51,684 nt of DNA from a bacterium (lineage in GTDB: Bacteria > SZUA-182 > DTGQ01 > JAFGSM01): the NCBI GenBank assembly GCA_049472335.1, contig JBLIRO010000036.1, positions 1-51,684 on the forward strand, read 5' to 3'. The position numbers were made by a program, and so were the translations under genes. Below the pieces are notes generated by a model. The model saw nothing but the letters and a program-made list of their open reading frames with translations, had not been told where the DNA came from and did no database searches. Shown here one piece after another: positions 9,312 to 20,194 of the stretch (positions are counted from its first letter, which is position 1; each line of letters begins with the position of its first letter).

Positions 9312-9539
9312 TCATTCTGATATCCATATCTGGATTGCCATATCAGGGCACATCTGTGCGCAAAGGCCACATCCGGTACATTGATCAGGCTGTAAAAGTG
9401 CAGCATAATGGAAACCCGATGAGTTTAAGTCCTCACTTAAACTCAAAAGATGATTCGGACAGGTGTTTATACAGAGTTGACAGCCCTTGCACCAATCCTT
9501 ATCAATAGTTAATTGAACCGAAATTGATTTTGCGGTCAT
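9312..9539 (-). CDS. 2x[4Fe-4S] ferredoxin, oxidoreductase delta subunit
   Basis: CKGCQLCINTCP and CTGCGLCAQMCP; purine-rich RBS before ATG 9539. Confidence 0.92.
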   Translation of the reverse strand: MTAKSISVQLTIDKDWCKGCQLCINTCPNHLLSLSEDLNSSGFHYAALLQPDQCTGCGLCAQMCPDMAIQIWISE

Positions 9540-9564
9540 TATCTTCCCTTCTTTTTTTTCTTTT

Positions 9565-11340
9565 TTAAATCGGTAAGGTGAAAGAAAATTTCGATCCCTT
9601 GCCGGGCTCACTTTCTACCCAGATGTCACCTCCATGGAGTCTGACAAATTCCTTAACTATGCTTAATCCAAGTCCAGTGCCCCCATATTTTCTGTATAGA
9701 GGGCCCCTTGCTTGACGAAAAGGATCAAAAATGACCTTTTGGTCTTCCCTTGAGATGCCTATTCCCTGGTCTTCAATGGAAACAGTAATTTTGCTGGAGT
9801 TCTGTATAACACGGATATGAATCTCCCCATTTTCTTTTTCAGTATATTTTACTGCGTTGGTAAGCAGATTCAACAGAATCTGTTTAATTTTCGCTCTATC
9901 TGCCTGGATTGGCAACAGTTGATCAGGCAGAAATGTTTTAACCATAATCCCCTTCTGTTTGACAATCTGCTCGGTAATATAAATAACCTCCTCGATTATC
10001 TCTTTAAAATAGACTACCTCCAGGTGCACCTCCAGCTTCCCTGACTCAATCTTTGACAGATCAAGCAATTGGTCAATCAAATCCTGCAATGTATTGCTGT
10101 TGCGCTTGATTCGGTTGAGACTATCTATTTGTTCATTGGTGAACGTTTGCTTTTTTTGATTTATTAAAAGATTTGCATAACCGATAATAGATGTCAGAGG
10201 TGTTTTTATCTCATGACTAACTGTAGCAAGAAACTTAGATTTCAGCCTGTCCAGTTCAGTTAACCTTATGTTGGCCTGTCTTAGCTTTTCGTTGGCTTCC
10301 TGTAGCTCCCTGGTCCTGAGCCTTACCTTCCTGTCAAGCTCTTCCGCCCATTCACTCAATTTTTCTTTCGACTTTTCAAGCTCCCAGTATGCTTCTTTCA
10401 GGGCCCTCTGGTTAGACATCAACTCCCGGTTGGTCTCTTTTAGCTCTTCCTGCATGCGCTTCAGCATGGTAATATCACGAAAGGTCTTTACACCACCTAT
10501 GACATTTCCTTCCTCATCCTTTAATACATCTATACTTGCAAGAACAGGTATATTCCCGCGATTTTTTGTATGTACAACTTTCTCTATATTGACAGCAGGT
10601 TTATTCATCTTGATGATCTCTTTTATGCATTCCTTGAAATCGATATCCTTGAATACCTCCCAGCAATATTTATTAAGGACTTCTTTGGTCTTATAACCGG
10701 TAATCTGCTCGGCAGCCCTGTTAAAGGATGTGATCCGGAAATCTTTATCCATGCTCAGCAAACCCTCTGCTATACTGGCCATTATTTTATCCATTTTGTC
10801 TTTTGCTTCGGCCAGCTCCTTGGTACGCTCCAACACTTTGTCTTCCAGGTCCCTGTTAAGCTCTTCCAGCTCTTTTGTGACACGGGTCAGGTTTTTGTTT
10901 GTTTTTTGTAAGTTGCGGAACAATGCCTTATTTTCAATGGAGAGCCTCTGTTTTTCGATTGCATTCCGAATAGTAGCCTTAACCTCGTCTATTTTATAAG
11001 GTTTTATTATATAGGCATAAGCCCCTTCATTCAGCGCCTTAATACTGGTTTCCACTGTAGCAAAGGCAGTCAGCATAATAGGAAGGCACTCTATACCTTT
11101 ATCCTTTATTTCCTTTAGAATATCCAAGCCGCTGGTGTCCGGAAGCATAATATCGACAATTGCGACAAGACAGGGTTTTTCCTCTAAAAACCTAAGTCCT
11201 TCTTTTCCGTTGGTGGCTATAGCCACAGAATAACCCTCATCTTCAAGCAGATCTTTTAAGGTTTCACAAAGAAAGACTTCATCATCTATAAGGAGTATAT
11301 CTATATGATTCTTACTTTTGTTGTTTTGATCAGTCTTCAC
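9565..11340 (-). CDS. Hybrid histidine kinase REC-PAS-coiled coil-HisKA-HATPase
   Basis: ILLIDDE/DIMLP receiver, PAS (FNRAAEQITGY), SHEIKTPL, NLLTNAVKYT, GTGLGL. Likely GTG start at 11340; ORF track start 11412. Confidence 0.9.
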   Translation of the reverse strand: MKTDQNNKSKNHIDILLIDDEVFLCETLKDLLEDEGYSVAIATNGKEGLRFLEEKPCLVAIVDIMLPDTSGLDILKEIKDKGIECLPIMLTAFATVETSIKALNEGAYAYIIKPYKIDEVKATIRNAIEKQRLSIENKALFRNLQKTNKNLTRVTKELEELNRDLEDKVLERTKELAEAKDKMDKIMASIAEGLLSMDKDFRITSFNRAAEQITGYKTKEVLNKYCWEVFKDIDFKECIKEIIKMNKPAVNIEKVVHTKNRGNIPVLASIDVLKDEEGNVIGGVKTFRDITMLKRMQEELKETNRELMSNQRALKEAYWELEKSKEKLSEWAEELDRKVRLRTRELQEANEKLRQANIRLTELDRLKSKFLATVSHEIKTPLTSIIGYANLLINQKKQTFTNEQIDSLNRIKRNSNTLQDLIDQLLDLSKIESGKLEVHLEVVYFKEIIEEVIYITEQIVKQKGIMVKTFLPDQLLPIQADRAKIKQILLNLLTNAVKYTEKENGEIHIRVIQNSSKITVSIEDQGIGISREDQKVIFDPFRQARGPLYRKYGGTGLGLSIVKEFVRLHGGDIWVESEPGKGSKFSFTLPI

Positions 11341-12937
11341 TTCCAAAGGCCGGCAGATCGATGATAAACCTAGTGAACTTTTTTTCTTCGCTCCTAACAT
11401 GAATTTCTCCATGATGATCCTTGATTATCCCATAGCTGACGCTTAATCCCAATCCTGTTCCCTGCCCGACAGGTTTTGTGGTGAAGAATGGATCAAATAT
11501 CCTGGTCTGAAACCGTGGATTGATTCCTACACCATTATCCTCTATCTCTATTCTCACCCAGGAGCTACCCTTAATGGTTACAGGATGCACCTTCAATTTT
11601 ATAATCTTTTTCTTTTTATTTTCAAATGCTCCGAATTTTTTATTCAGACTGTACTGGGCGTTATTTATCATGTTTAGAAACACCTGCTGAATCCGTCCCG
11701 CGTTAATCCTCAGCTTAGGAAAAGATTCGGCAAAATCGCGCTCGATCTGAATTCCGTCAAGTATTAACTGTCTCTCGGTTAAAGAAAGTGTAGCTTCAAT
11801 GATGGCCTTAATGTCTTCATAATTATATTCCTGTCTGTTTTGACGAGAAAAGGTAAGTACGTCCGCTGCAATTTTTCCGATCCTGGTCCCTTCGGCAAGT
11901 ATCCTGTCAGCATAATTATGCACCTCGCTCTTTGAGTCCGTTTCCGATTTTATCAACGTGGCAAATAGAATCATACCATTAAGTGGATTTTTGATCTCGT
12001 GGGTAAAGTTAGCAAGGAGCTCGCCCATGGAAGCCAGTTTGGATGCCTGTATCAGTTGCTCCTGTAATTGCTTATTTTCTGTAATATCCCTAAAACTTTG
12101 AACAGCTCCGAGGATTTCACCAGTTTTATCCTGAATAGGGGCTGCGCTTACCAGTAAAGGGATCAATCGTCCGGCCTTATCCTCCATATATATCTCCAGA
12201 CCGGACACCTTTTCTCCCTTCAGGATGGTTTTTTCTATAAGTTTTGTGCAATCATGGCACATGCTTCTGAAAATTTCCTTATGATCCTTGGCAATGACAT
12301 CTTCAGCCTTATATCCGGTAATGATCTCCGCCTGGCGGTTAAACAGGGTAATCTTCCAGTTTTTATCAACCGCGCAAAGGCCATCCGCAAGGCTGTCAAT
12401 GATTGTCTCCGTCCAAGTCATCTGCTCTCTGAGTTGCTTTGTTCTTTCCCTGATCTTTGTCTCAAGCTCCTTATTCATGGTATCCACTTCGGTCTTGGCC
12501 CTTAGAAGGGCCTCATTGGAGCTTTTTAATTTCTGGAGAAGACTTTTGTTTTCCAGGACCAGTTTTTGCTCGGATATGGCCTTTTTTATCGTATCTTTAA
12601 TGGTTTTAACATCAAAAGGCTTTACAATATAGGCATATGCCCCCTGATTAAGAGCCTTAATGGAATTTTCAATCTTTGTGGAGGCGGTTAACATGATCGA
12701 ATAGGTATCACTGTTTATTTGTTTTATGGATTTCAGAATTTCCAGACCGCTTATATCCGGGAGGTTTATATCTATGAAAACCACGTTAAAAAAACGACTT
12801 TTTAACTCCTTAATGGCGTCCGTTCCGTTTTCCGCGGATAAAACCTTATAACCTTCATCCTGCAATATATCCGTAAGGGTTTCTCTCATCCCCAATTCGT
12901 CATCAACTATTAATATGAGGCTATTGTTGTTTTGCAT
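11330..12937 (-). CDS. Hybrid histidine kinase REC-PAS-HisKA-HATPase (NtrB-like core)
   Basis: ILIVDDE, PAS, THEIKNPL, FDPFFTTK..GQGTGLGL. Confidence 0.92.
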   Translation of the reverse strand: MQNNNSLILIVDDELGMRETLTDILQDEGYKVLSAENGTDAIKELKSRFFNVVFIDINLPDISGLEILKSIKQINSDTYSIMLTASTKIENSIKALNQGAYAYIVKPFDVKTIKDTIKKAISEQKLVLENKSLLQKLKSSNEALLRAKTEVDTMNKELETKIRERTKQLREQMTWTETIIDSLADGLCAVDKNWKITLFNRQAEIITGYKAEDVIAKDHKEIFRSMCHDCTKLIEKTILKGEKVSGLEIYMEDKAGRLIPLLVSAAPIQDKTGEILGAVQSFRDITENKQLQEQLIQASKLASMGELLANFTHEIKNPLNGMILFATLIKSETDSKSEVHNYADRILAEGTRIGKIAADVLTFSRQNRQEYNYEDIKAIIEATLSLTERQLILDGIQIERDFAESFPKLRINAGRIQQVFLNMINNAQYSLNKKFGAFENKKKKIIKLKVHPVTIKGSSWVRIEIEDNGVGINPRFQTRIFDPFFTTKPVGQGTGLGLSVSYGIIKDHHGEIHVRSEEKKFTRFIIDLPAFGSED

Positions 12938-12956
12938 GTATTTGTTCCTTTGATTT

Positions 12957-13343
12957 TCAATTTTTATTTTTTTCTCTGCCTAATCTGCCAATGATTTTCA
13001 ATAATCTTGAGGGCTTAAATGGTTTTGTCAGGCATTCGTAAACCCCCGCCTTCTGAGCTTCCATGATAAGATCTGGCGCAGTATAAGCGGTCATCAGGAT
13101 GACTATTGCATTCGGATTTATTTTCTTGATCACCTTCAAGGCTTCCACCCCATTCATTCCGGGCATGATAATATCCATTAAAATGATATCAAAGGTCATC
13201 CTTTTATTCATTTCTATAGCAGCGATTCCATCAGGGGCCGATTTTGAACAGTAACCGTAATCTTCGAATATGTCCGAGAGAGTTTCACACATACCCGGCT
13301 GATCATCTACAATTAGAATTCTTAGGTTATTATGTCGTTTCAT
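12957..13343 (-). CDS. Single-domain response regulator
   Basis: ILIVDD, DIIMPGMNG, MTAY, KPF. Confidence 0.9.
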   Translation of the reverse strand: MKRHNNLRILIVDDQPGMCETLSDIFEDYGYCSKSAPDGIAAIEMNKRMTFDIILMDIIMPGMNGVEALKVIKKINPNAIVILMTAYTAPDLIMEAQKAGVYECLTKPFKPSRLLKIIGRLGREKNKN

Positions 13344-13391
13344 AGAAAAAAATAATAGTCCCGGTTTGAACAATTTGTTTTTTAGACATCT

Positions 13392-15281
13392 TTAATCTAT
13401 CTCGGTAACTGGATGCAAATTAAACGTAATAATGAATGTAGTGCCCTCTCCTTTCCTGGATTCGACATGAATATTTCCATTCTGATGTTCGATGATCGAC
13501 TTGGTAATAGCCAATCCTAGACCGATTCCCTTGGCTTTTGTCGTAAAAAAAGGATCGAAGAGTTTATCCATGTCTTCATTCGCTATTCCGCAACCCGAAT
13601 CCTGAACAATCAGTTCGACAGTTTTACCCTTTTTTTGAGTACCTATTGTTATTTCACCGGATGATTTTCCTATGGCATGTTCCGCGTTATATATGAGATT
13701 AACCAATACCTGATGTATTTGATCCTTATCACCCATGATTATGGGAAGGTTCGGGTCCAGGTTTCTATTAATCTTAATATCCTCCCTGATCCTCATTCTG
13801 TGAAGAGAAGAGTTGATTGTGGAATTAAGATCAATAGGCGCCAATTCCGCCTTTTTTGTTCTGGAAAAGCCCAGAAGATCCCCGATGATTTTATTGGAGC
13901 TTTCGATCTCATTCTCTATAATCTCCAAATGCTTTAATAACTTTGTTTGATCTCCTGCTATCTTGCTTTTTATATAATATGCCGAATTTTGGATAACTGC
14001 CAGGGGATTTCTCAACTCATGGCCCACAGAGGAAGCCAGACGCCCGAGAACGGCAAGCTTCTCTGAAAGAATGAGCTGTTGCTCGGTTTCTTTCAACTCT
14101 CGTGTCATCCTTTTCCAATCGGATATATCTCTAAAGACCTCGCAACCACCCATGATATTACCCTGCCAATCCTTGAGAGATGAAGCACTGGCCATAATAG
14201 GAACTGTCTCGGCTCTTTTATTTTTCATCTCTATCTCTACGTTCAATACCGGTCTGTCCTCACGTGCCGATCTTTTTATGGCGCAAAGGTTTTCACAAAT
14301 ATTGCTTTTAAAGATATCCCGGCATTCCCTGCCAATGGCTTCTTGGGCAGAATAACCGGTTAAGCGTTCGCAAGCCTTGCTAAAATATGTGATATTCATG
14401 TTGGTATCTACCGTGAACACAGGATCCGCTATAGCATTGAGAATGGTTTTACTGGTTTCTATCTGGTGGCGAAGAGAAATTATCATCTGGTTAAAGGATT
14501 CCGCGAGGCTGGTCAATTCACCCTTTCGTTCAATTACCAGTAATTGTGAAAGGTCTCCACTGGCTATATTTGTGGCGGAGGTATCCAATATCTTAAGGGG
14601 TTTGAGAAGGGATGTGGATATATAAGTAATAAGGGTCAAACCAAACACCACCGCGAGGATGAATATTCCTGACATCCAGCGGTGGGAGCGTTCCCAGGCC
14701 TTCTCGGCATCCAATCTGGCAGAGGCCATATGCATATCATGCATCTTTAATAACTCCCTTATATGGGTCCTGGAATCTATGGCCAATTTATCCATCTTTT
14801 TCATTATCTGACCGGCTAAATTCCTGTCAAAGGGAACATTGAAAGAGAAAATCTCGTCAGAGAGTCTTTTGATCTTTCCGAAATCCTCTTCCACTAATTC
14901 CATAAGGTGTTTTTCTTCATGCCGTGCAAGCATATAACAGTGCTCCAGAGCCGTTCTGACCCTTTTTTCAAGAAGGATGTTATTTTCACGTTCTTTGGGA
15001 TCACCCGTAATTAAATAGTCATTAGCAGGCATAATATAGTCTGTAATGGTAGTTTGAGCGTCATATATGGCACGCTCATGAGGGATTTCATTGAGGATCT
15101 TTTCAAAGGCATCATGCACATTTCTATTCTGCTGGAAAACCACCACACCACTTATAAGCATAAAGGCGAGCAAGGCGAGGATCACAAAGTAAAGCCTTGG
15201 CGCGATTCCAATGCCTTTATGTAATTGGCTTATTTTATTGTCTTTTGTGAAATGGTCTTTTTGTAATATTTTGGTTCTCAT
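13392..15281 (-). CDS. Membrane sensor histidine kinase (helical sensor-HAMP-PAS-HisKA-HATPase)
   Basis: Two TM segments, HAMP (GELTSLAESFNQM), PAS, GHELRNPL, FDPFFTTK.GIGLGL. Confidence 0.92.
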   Translation of the reverse strand: MRTKILQKDHFTKDNKISQLHKGIGIAPRLYFVILALLAFMLISGVVVFQQNRNVHDAFEKILNEIPHERAIYDAQTTITDYIMPANDYLITGDPKERENNILLEKRVRTALEHCYMLARHEEKHLMELVEEDFGKIKRLSDEIFSFNVPFDRNLAGQIMKKMDKLAIDSRTHIRELLKMHDMHMASARLDAEKAWERSHRWMSGIFILAVVFGLTLITYISTSLLKPLKILDTSATNIASGDLSQLLVIERKGELTSLAESFNQMIISLRHQIETSKTILNAIADPVFTVDTNMNITYFSKACERLTGYSAQEAIGRECRDIFKSNICENLCAIKRSAREDRPVLNVEIEMKNKRAETVPIMASASSLKDWQGNIMGGCEVFRDISDWKRMTRELKETEQQLILSEKLAVLGRLASSVGHELRNPLAVIQNSAYYIKSKIAGDQTKLLKHLEIIENEIESSNKIIGDLLGFSRTKKAELAPIDLNSTINSSLHRMRIREDIKINRNLDPNLPIIMGDKDQIHQVLVNLIYNAEHAIGKSSGEITIGTQKKGKTVELIVQDSGCGIANEDMDKLFDPFFTTKAKGIGLGLAITKSIIEHQNGNIHVESRKGEGTTFIITFNLHPVTEID

Positions 15282-15483
15282 GAAAATGGCTCCTTATTTC
15301 CATTTTTTCTGTTGTATAGTTGGTGGTTTCACATGCAACACAGAAGGATTTATATTCTACACAAGGCAGCATGAATATGAGCGGTCCGATTTTTTTAAAT
15401 AACTTGGGCTTATTATTTGTCCTAATTGATTGATTTACTATACACTTTAATATACAATATGATAAGAAAGAATGCAAATCGGA

Positions 15484-17184
15484 TTAACGTTTGCCCGATC
15501 TTTCGAGTATCTCTGTAGCGTGTTGAATAGCTATTTCAGATTGGCTGTCACCTGCTATCATCTTTGCCAATTCTTTTATCTGCTCAGTGCGGGAAAGATG
15601 ATCAACCACGGTCAGGGTTCTCCCTTTTTCTATTTTCTTTGAGGCCAGAAAATGAGAAGTGGCATGTGAAGCAATCTGAGGCAGATGTGTTATACATATG
15701 ATTTGCCGCTTTTTGGCAAGCTCTTTTATTTTAAGGCCCACTATAGCAGCAGCTTCCCCACCTATTCCGGTATCGATCTCGTCAAAAACCAGGGTAAGGA
15801 CCTGGTCCGCCTCGGCCAGGCAGGACTTGAAAGCGAGCATTACCCTTGAGATTTCTCCCCCTGAGGCTATCCTGGCCAGCGGCCTCGGTTCTTCTCCTAT
15901 ATTTGCTGAAAAAAGAAATTCCACTTCATCCCATCCTCTGGAGGTCATATTCTTGGGAGGAACATTTTCAATAACCGGAGGATCTGAAAAGGTTACAATG
16001 AATCTTGCCCGATCCATACCAAGATCGTTCAGTTGAGATGCCACTTCCTTTTCGATCTTTATCGCCACGCTGTGTCTTTTTTCTGATAATCGGGAGGCCT
16101 GTTTGCACAGTTCAGCCCAGGCAGTATTCATCTCTTTTAAGGCGTTGGAAATCTGCCCTTCGTAATCTTCAATCAACTGCCACCTGTTCTCTATATCCTT
16201 CCTGTACTGTAATATTTCTTCGAACGATAATCGATACTTCTTCTTTAAACGATTGATCAGATCAAGTCTTTCTTCTATATGTTCAAGATGTTCAGGGCTG
16301 AAATCCTGTTTCGATTCATATTCCGTCAATTGGTGAGCTATATCTTCTATCAGGATAATGATAGAATTCATATTTTCTTCCATGGGTTTAAAATACGGAT
16401 CGAGAGAGGATAGCCTATGAAGCTTTGATGCCGTATCCCCCAATATTTCCGATACTGATCCGTCAGACTGGTATAAGTCGCTTACCATGGAGCCGGCAAG
16501 TTCCATTATTTTGGCTGCGTGGGCAAGAAGGTTGTGTTCCTTTAAAAGCTCGTCTTCTTCACCCGAAGAAAGACCGGCACGGTCTATCTCATCCCGTTGA
16601 AAAGCCAGCAATTCACGGTCCCTTTTGCTTTCTTCCCTCTTTTTGACAAGATCATCATATCTTTTTCTTGCTTCCTGATACACATGAAAGGCGAGGGCGG
16701 TTTGACTCACTTCCTGATCTAATCCGCCGAAACGATCCAATATTTCCAGATGGCGTATCGGATTCAGCAGGATCTGATGTTCATGCTGACCATGGATATC
16801 GATCAACCAGGCACCTATATTTATTAAAAGACTCACTGGAACCATATGTCCATTAAGATAACATCGATTGGCCTTTTCAGAACGAAAGATAATCCGTCTG
16901 ACTATCAGCTCCTCATCAGGCAAACACGGATAACCTGCTGATTCCAGATATGAATATATATAATGCGCTTTGTCCGGGGAAAATGCGGCTTCGACCTCGG
17001 CGGAATCCTCCCCCGATCTTATGTAATCCGAAGAGGCCCGGCCGCCTAGGACAAGATTCAGGGCATTGATAAGGATCGTTTTTCCTGCACCTGTTTCACC
17101 GGTAAGAATATTGAGATATGGATCAAAACAGACGGAGAGTCTGTCAATAAGCGCAAAATTCTTGATACTAAGTTCCCTGAGCAC
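15484..17184 (-). CDS. recN: DNA repair protein RecN
   Basis: LTGETGAGKT, IHGQHEHQ, IASGGEISR, FDEIDTGIGG, ITHLPQIA. Confidence 0.97.
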   Translation of the reverse strand: MLRELSIKNFALIDRLSVCFDPYLNILTGETGAGKTILINALNLVLGGRASSDYIRSGEDSAEVEAAFSPDKAHYIYSYLESAGYPCLPDEELIVRRIIFRSEKANRCYLNGHMVPVSLLINIGAWLIDIHGQHEHQILLNPIRHLEILDRFGGLDQEVSQTALAFHVYQEARKRYDDLVKKREESKRDRELLAFQRDEIDRAGLSSGEEDELLKEHNLLAHAAKIMELAGSMVSDLYQSDGSVSEILGDTASKLHRLSSLDPYFKPMEENMNSIIILIEDIAHQLTEYESKQDFSPEHLEHIEERLDLINRLKKKYRLSFEEILQYRKDIENRWQLIEDYEGQISNALKEMNTAWAELCKQASRLSEKRHSVAIKIEKEVASQLNDLGMDRARFIVTFSDPPVIENVPPKNMTSRGWDEVEFLFSANIGEEPRPLARIASGGEISRVMLAFKSCLAEADQVLTLVFDEIDTGIGGEAAAIVGLKIKELAKKRQIICITHLPQIASHATSHFLASKKIEKGRTLTVVDHLSRTEQIKELAKMIAGDSQSEIAIQHATEILERSGKR

Positions 17185-17189
17185 AAACT

Positions 17190-18089
17190 CTAACCCCTCT
17201 CACCCCATTTTAATTTGGTTCTCAAAACACGATAGTAGTCAGTACCTTCAGGCTGTAACAGAGTAATGGTATGTTCCGCTTTTCTGACCTCTACTTTATC
17301 TCCTGGCTTCAATCGTGCCAAGGCTTGTCCATCAGCGGAAAGGAGACATTCCCCTCCGTTTCCTATCCCTTTTTTAATTACCTCAACCTTGATCTTCTCT
17401 TTGTCTGATATAACAATGGGTCGATTGGTAAGGATGTGAGGACAAATGGGAGTAATGAGGATAGCATGAAGTTTGGGATGAACAATAGGCCCTCCGGCAG
17501 AAAGCGAGTAGGCTGTTGAACCCGTGGGGGTGGAGATTATCAATCCGTCAGCGAGAAACGTATTAATCCATGTATCGTCAACAGAACTGGAAAGGTGAAC
17601 CAATCTGCTTTGAGGACCGTTATTAACTACTATTTCATTAAGAGCAAAAGAAGAGTGCTTGATTTTATCATCTTTATGAGTAAGAGTTGCCTGGAGCATC
17701 ATCCTCCTGTCAAGGGAATATCTTCCCTTCATTACCTCTTCCAGTTTTGAAATGACCTCATCCACCTTCACATCCGTTAAAAAACCAAGATCACCCAGAT
17801 TAACACCCAGTATGGGGATGTTTTCCCTTTCTAAATGATGGGCGACCCTGAGCAGTGTGCCATCCCCTCCCAGGACCAAAATCATATCTATCATTCCCGG
17901 AAGATCTTGTAAATCACAAGTTGAAAAATGTGACTGGATATTGCTGTCCAGGATTCGTGATGTATCCGATTCGATTCTTATGGGGCAGTGTCTTTTGGAG
18001 AGCCATCCTAAAATAGTTTCAAGAACCGGACCTGCTCTTTCACGGTCAGGTATGGATACGATCCCTATTCCCTTATCAAATACTTCCAT
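17190..18089 (-). CDS. nadK: NAD(+) kinase
   Basis: GGDGT, LNE, DGLIISTPTGSTAYSLSAGGP; adjacent to recN. Confidence 0.97.
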   Translation of the reverse strand: MEVFDKGIGIVSIPDRERAGPVLETILGWLSKRHCPIRIESDTSRILDSNIQSHFSTCDLQDLPGMIDMILVLGGDGTLLRVAHHLERENIPILGVNLGDLGFLTDVKVDEVISKLEEVMKGRYSLDRRMMLQATLTHKDDKIKHSSFALNEIVVNNGPQSRLVHLSSSVDDTWINTFLADGLIISTPTGSTAYSLSAGGPIVHPKLHAILITPICPHILTNRPIVISDKEKIKVEVIKKGIGNGGECLLSADGQALARLKPGDKVEVRKAEHTITLLQPEGTDYYRVLRTKLKWGERG

Positions 18090-18833
18090 TCACTTACTTC
18101 TCCCAACGGGCAAAATAAGAATAGGCTCATGGCTCTCGGGAATCCCAAGCAAATCGATGAGTCTGTTATCCTCAAAAGCTCCGACAATCCCCATATTCAG
18201 TTTAAGAGATTGTGCCTGAAGAAAACAATTTTGCGCTACATGTCCTGCTTCTATATGAGCATATCGGATTCCTCTGTCTCCGTATTTTCCTGTAATCCTG
18301 GAATATTCAGCGGTTATAAGAATCATTCCGGGTGCTTCTGCCATCCAGTATTGATATAGGGACGCTTCGGCCACTTCCTTGTTAAGATCCTTGCCCGAAA
18401 TCTGCTTTAAGGCATGTTTCAGTGGCAAATAGTGAAAAACACCTGTTTTAGGGAAGTCCTTAGCACCTTTTTTCAGAATAAGATATATATCAAGAGGATA
18501 GAGCGCGCCTGCAGACGGGGCTGCCCTTTTTTCCCTATCATTATCGTAAGTGATTCCCTGGGCGGCCCATAGGATCTGCCCCCACTCAGCCATGGTCAAA
18601 GCCTTGTCAGAGAACTCACGCTTAGTTCGTCGGATATTTATTGCCTCTTCAACCGAAACAGGACCTTTAAGAGCAGGGGAGGGTAGGGAAATCATATTAC
18701 TTTCTTTCATGGAACGTTCTCCGCTCATGGCCAGAGAAATCGTTCCGTAATTCAGAAATATGAGCACTCCCATCAATAATAAAAAAAAAGAGGTCCTTTT
18801 GAATATGATTATCATAGTCGAATATCTTGGCAA
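18090..18833 (-). CDS. SagB/ThcOx-family nitroreductase-fold dehydrogenase
   Basis: ILWAAQGIT, RAAPSAGALYPL, YGDRGIRYAHIEAGHVAQN. Start uncertain. Confidence 0.88.
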   Translation of the reverse strand: MPRYSTMIIIFKRTSFFLLLMGVLIFLNYGTISLAMSGERSMKESNMISLPSPALKGPVSVEEAINIRRTKREFSDKALTMAEWGQILWAAQGITYDNDREKRAAPSAGALYPLDIYLILKKGAKDFPKTGVFHYLPLKHALKQISGKDLNKEVAEASLYQYWMAEAPGMILITAEYSRITGKYGDRGIRYAHIEAGHVAQNCFLQAQSLKLNMGIVGAFEDNRLIDLLGIPESHEPILILPVGRSK

Positions 18834-18925
18834 AAAGCTAAAAGACTTTTACTGCTTCATCATAGCTATAGAATAAAAAATTTATAGAAAATAAATGAAC
18901 ACACAAAAGGTTTTATAGTCTAAGT

Positions 18926-19567
18926 TTAGTCTTGGACTGTTATTTTGTCAAGATTCCTTGAACCATGTGTGCCGTGATGATCTCTTATCTGAAGATAGTA
19001 TTTTTCTCTTATTGAATGAAAAAATTTTATTGTACCAGAAATTCGGTAATCAGGGTAAGTCCAGTCCAAAGGCTGCCAGCCCTTATTTTTAGAATAAATC
19101 AAAGTGACCTCTGCATATATTCCATTTGACAGATATATACGGTGCGCCCGGTTTTTGGTTGTGGCAAGAATGACATTGGAAAGTGATAGTATTCCCGGGT
19201 CTATATTGACCTTACGACATATCCCATCGCCGGTAATCTCTCCTTTCATAATCTCCAGACGGTTAGTTAAAAGCTTTATTTCAGCCAATTGATCAGGAGA
19301 TGCTGGATCTTCAAAGCTCAGAAAACACCTTTGTAAACCATGGCCCATTTCTTTTATATAATAGTCGGTATGATCAAAGGGATTAATGGGGCTTTGAAGA
19401 TCTATCCTGCCGAAATGACTAGTCAATTCCTGCTTTATCATTTCCAAATCCGTATCCTGCGACAGGATAAGACCCATAAAAAGCTTAACAGGCTCAGGTA
19501 TTGATAAACGCTTTTTACAGAATTCCTTCAATCGGGACTCTGTGATTTGAAAGGATCGTTTTTCCAT
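18926..19567 (-). CDS. DUF4416 family protein
   Basis: PVKLF.G, TDYY.KEMG.GL.R.F, RKVNIDPG, LATTKN.AHRIYL..GIYAEVTL, WTYPDY. Confidence 0.85.
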   Translation of the reverse strand: MEKRSFQITESRLKEFCKKRLSIPEPVKLFMGLILSQDTDLEMIKQELTSHFGRIDLQSPINPFDHTDYYIKEMGHGLQRCFLSFEDPASPDQLAEIKLLTNRLEIMKGEITGDGICRKVNIDPGILSLSNVILATTKNRAHRIYLSNGIYAEVTLIYSKNKGWQPLDWTYPDYRISGTIKFFHSIREKYYLQIRDHHGTHGSRNLDKITVQD

Positions 19568-19590
19568 TGCTCGAATCTTAAAAATTCCAG

Positions 19591-20010
19591 CTATTCACCG
19601 AGAATTTGTAAGAAGACTTCACGCTGGCGGGGTCGGTTATCAAAATCAATCAGCACTATCTGCTGCCAGGTGCCAAGCTGTAACCTACCGGAGTTAAAAG
19701 GGACAGTGAGGGATGGTCCCAAAAGGGCTGAACGAACATGTGCAAATCCATTTCCATCCCCCCAGCGGGAATCGTGGTGGTAATGAATCGAAAGAGGGGC
19801 CAGACGTTCAATTGCCTCGACAAGATCCTTTAAAGCGCCGGACTCGTATTCAATGGTTGTAACTCCGGCTGTTGAACCAGGAATAAATACCGTAACTATC
19901 CCGTCTTTTAGACCTGCCCCTTCTACCTCTCTTCTTATATCTGAGGTAATATCCAGTATGTCGGTCATTCCTTTTGTTTTAAAACTGAGGTTCCTTTTGT
20001 GAACAACCAT
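19591..20010 (-). CDS. yjbQ: YjbQ/UPF0047 family protein
   Basis: STAG.TTIEYE, DGNG.AH.RS, LGTWQQIVL.DFD. Confidence 0.9.
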   Translation of the reverse strand: MVVHKRNLSFKTKGMTDILDITSDIRREVEGAGLKDGIVTVFIPGSTAGVTTIEYESGALKDLVEAIERLAPLSIHYHHDSRWGDGNGFAHVRSALLGPSLTVPFNSGRLQLGTWQQIVLIDFDNRPRQREVFLQILGE

Positions 20011-20194
20011 TTATAATGAATCCTTACAATTAGGGAAAAGGGGTTAACTAAGTTGACTTAATATTTAATTCTATAAAATATTAACGCCACTGTATTCATT
20101 TTTTTTCGTATTTATGCTAACATAATCATTGTAAAAGTCAATTTTATTTTCACTTTGGTGTTTTTCATTCAAAAACATTTATAGGAGAGAAAAA

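Noticed and set aside
18090..18833. SagB/ThcOx gene as part of an azole RiPP cluster
   Set aside because: No YcaO or precursor is adjacent. Stand-alone members are common, and this one sits among housekeeping genes about 12 kb from the peptide cluster.
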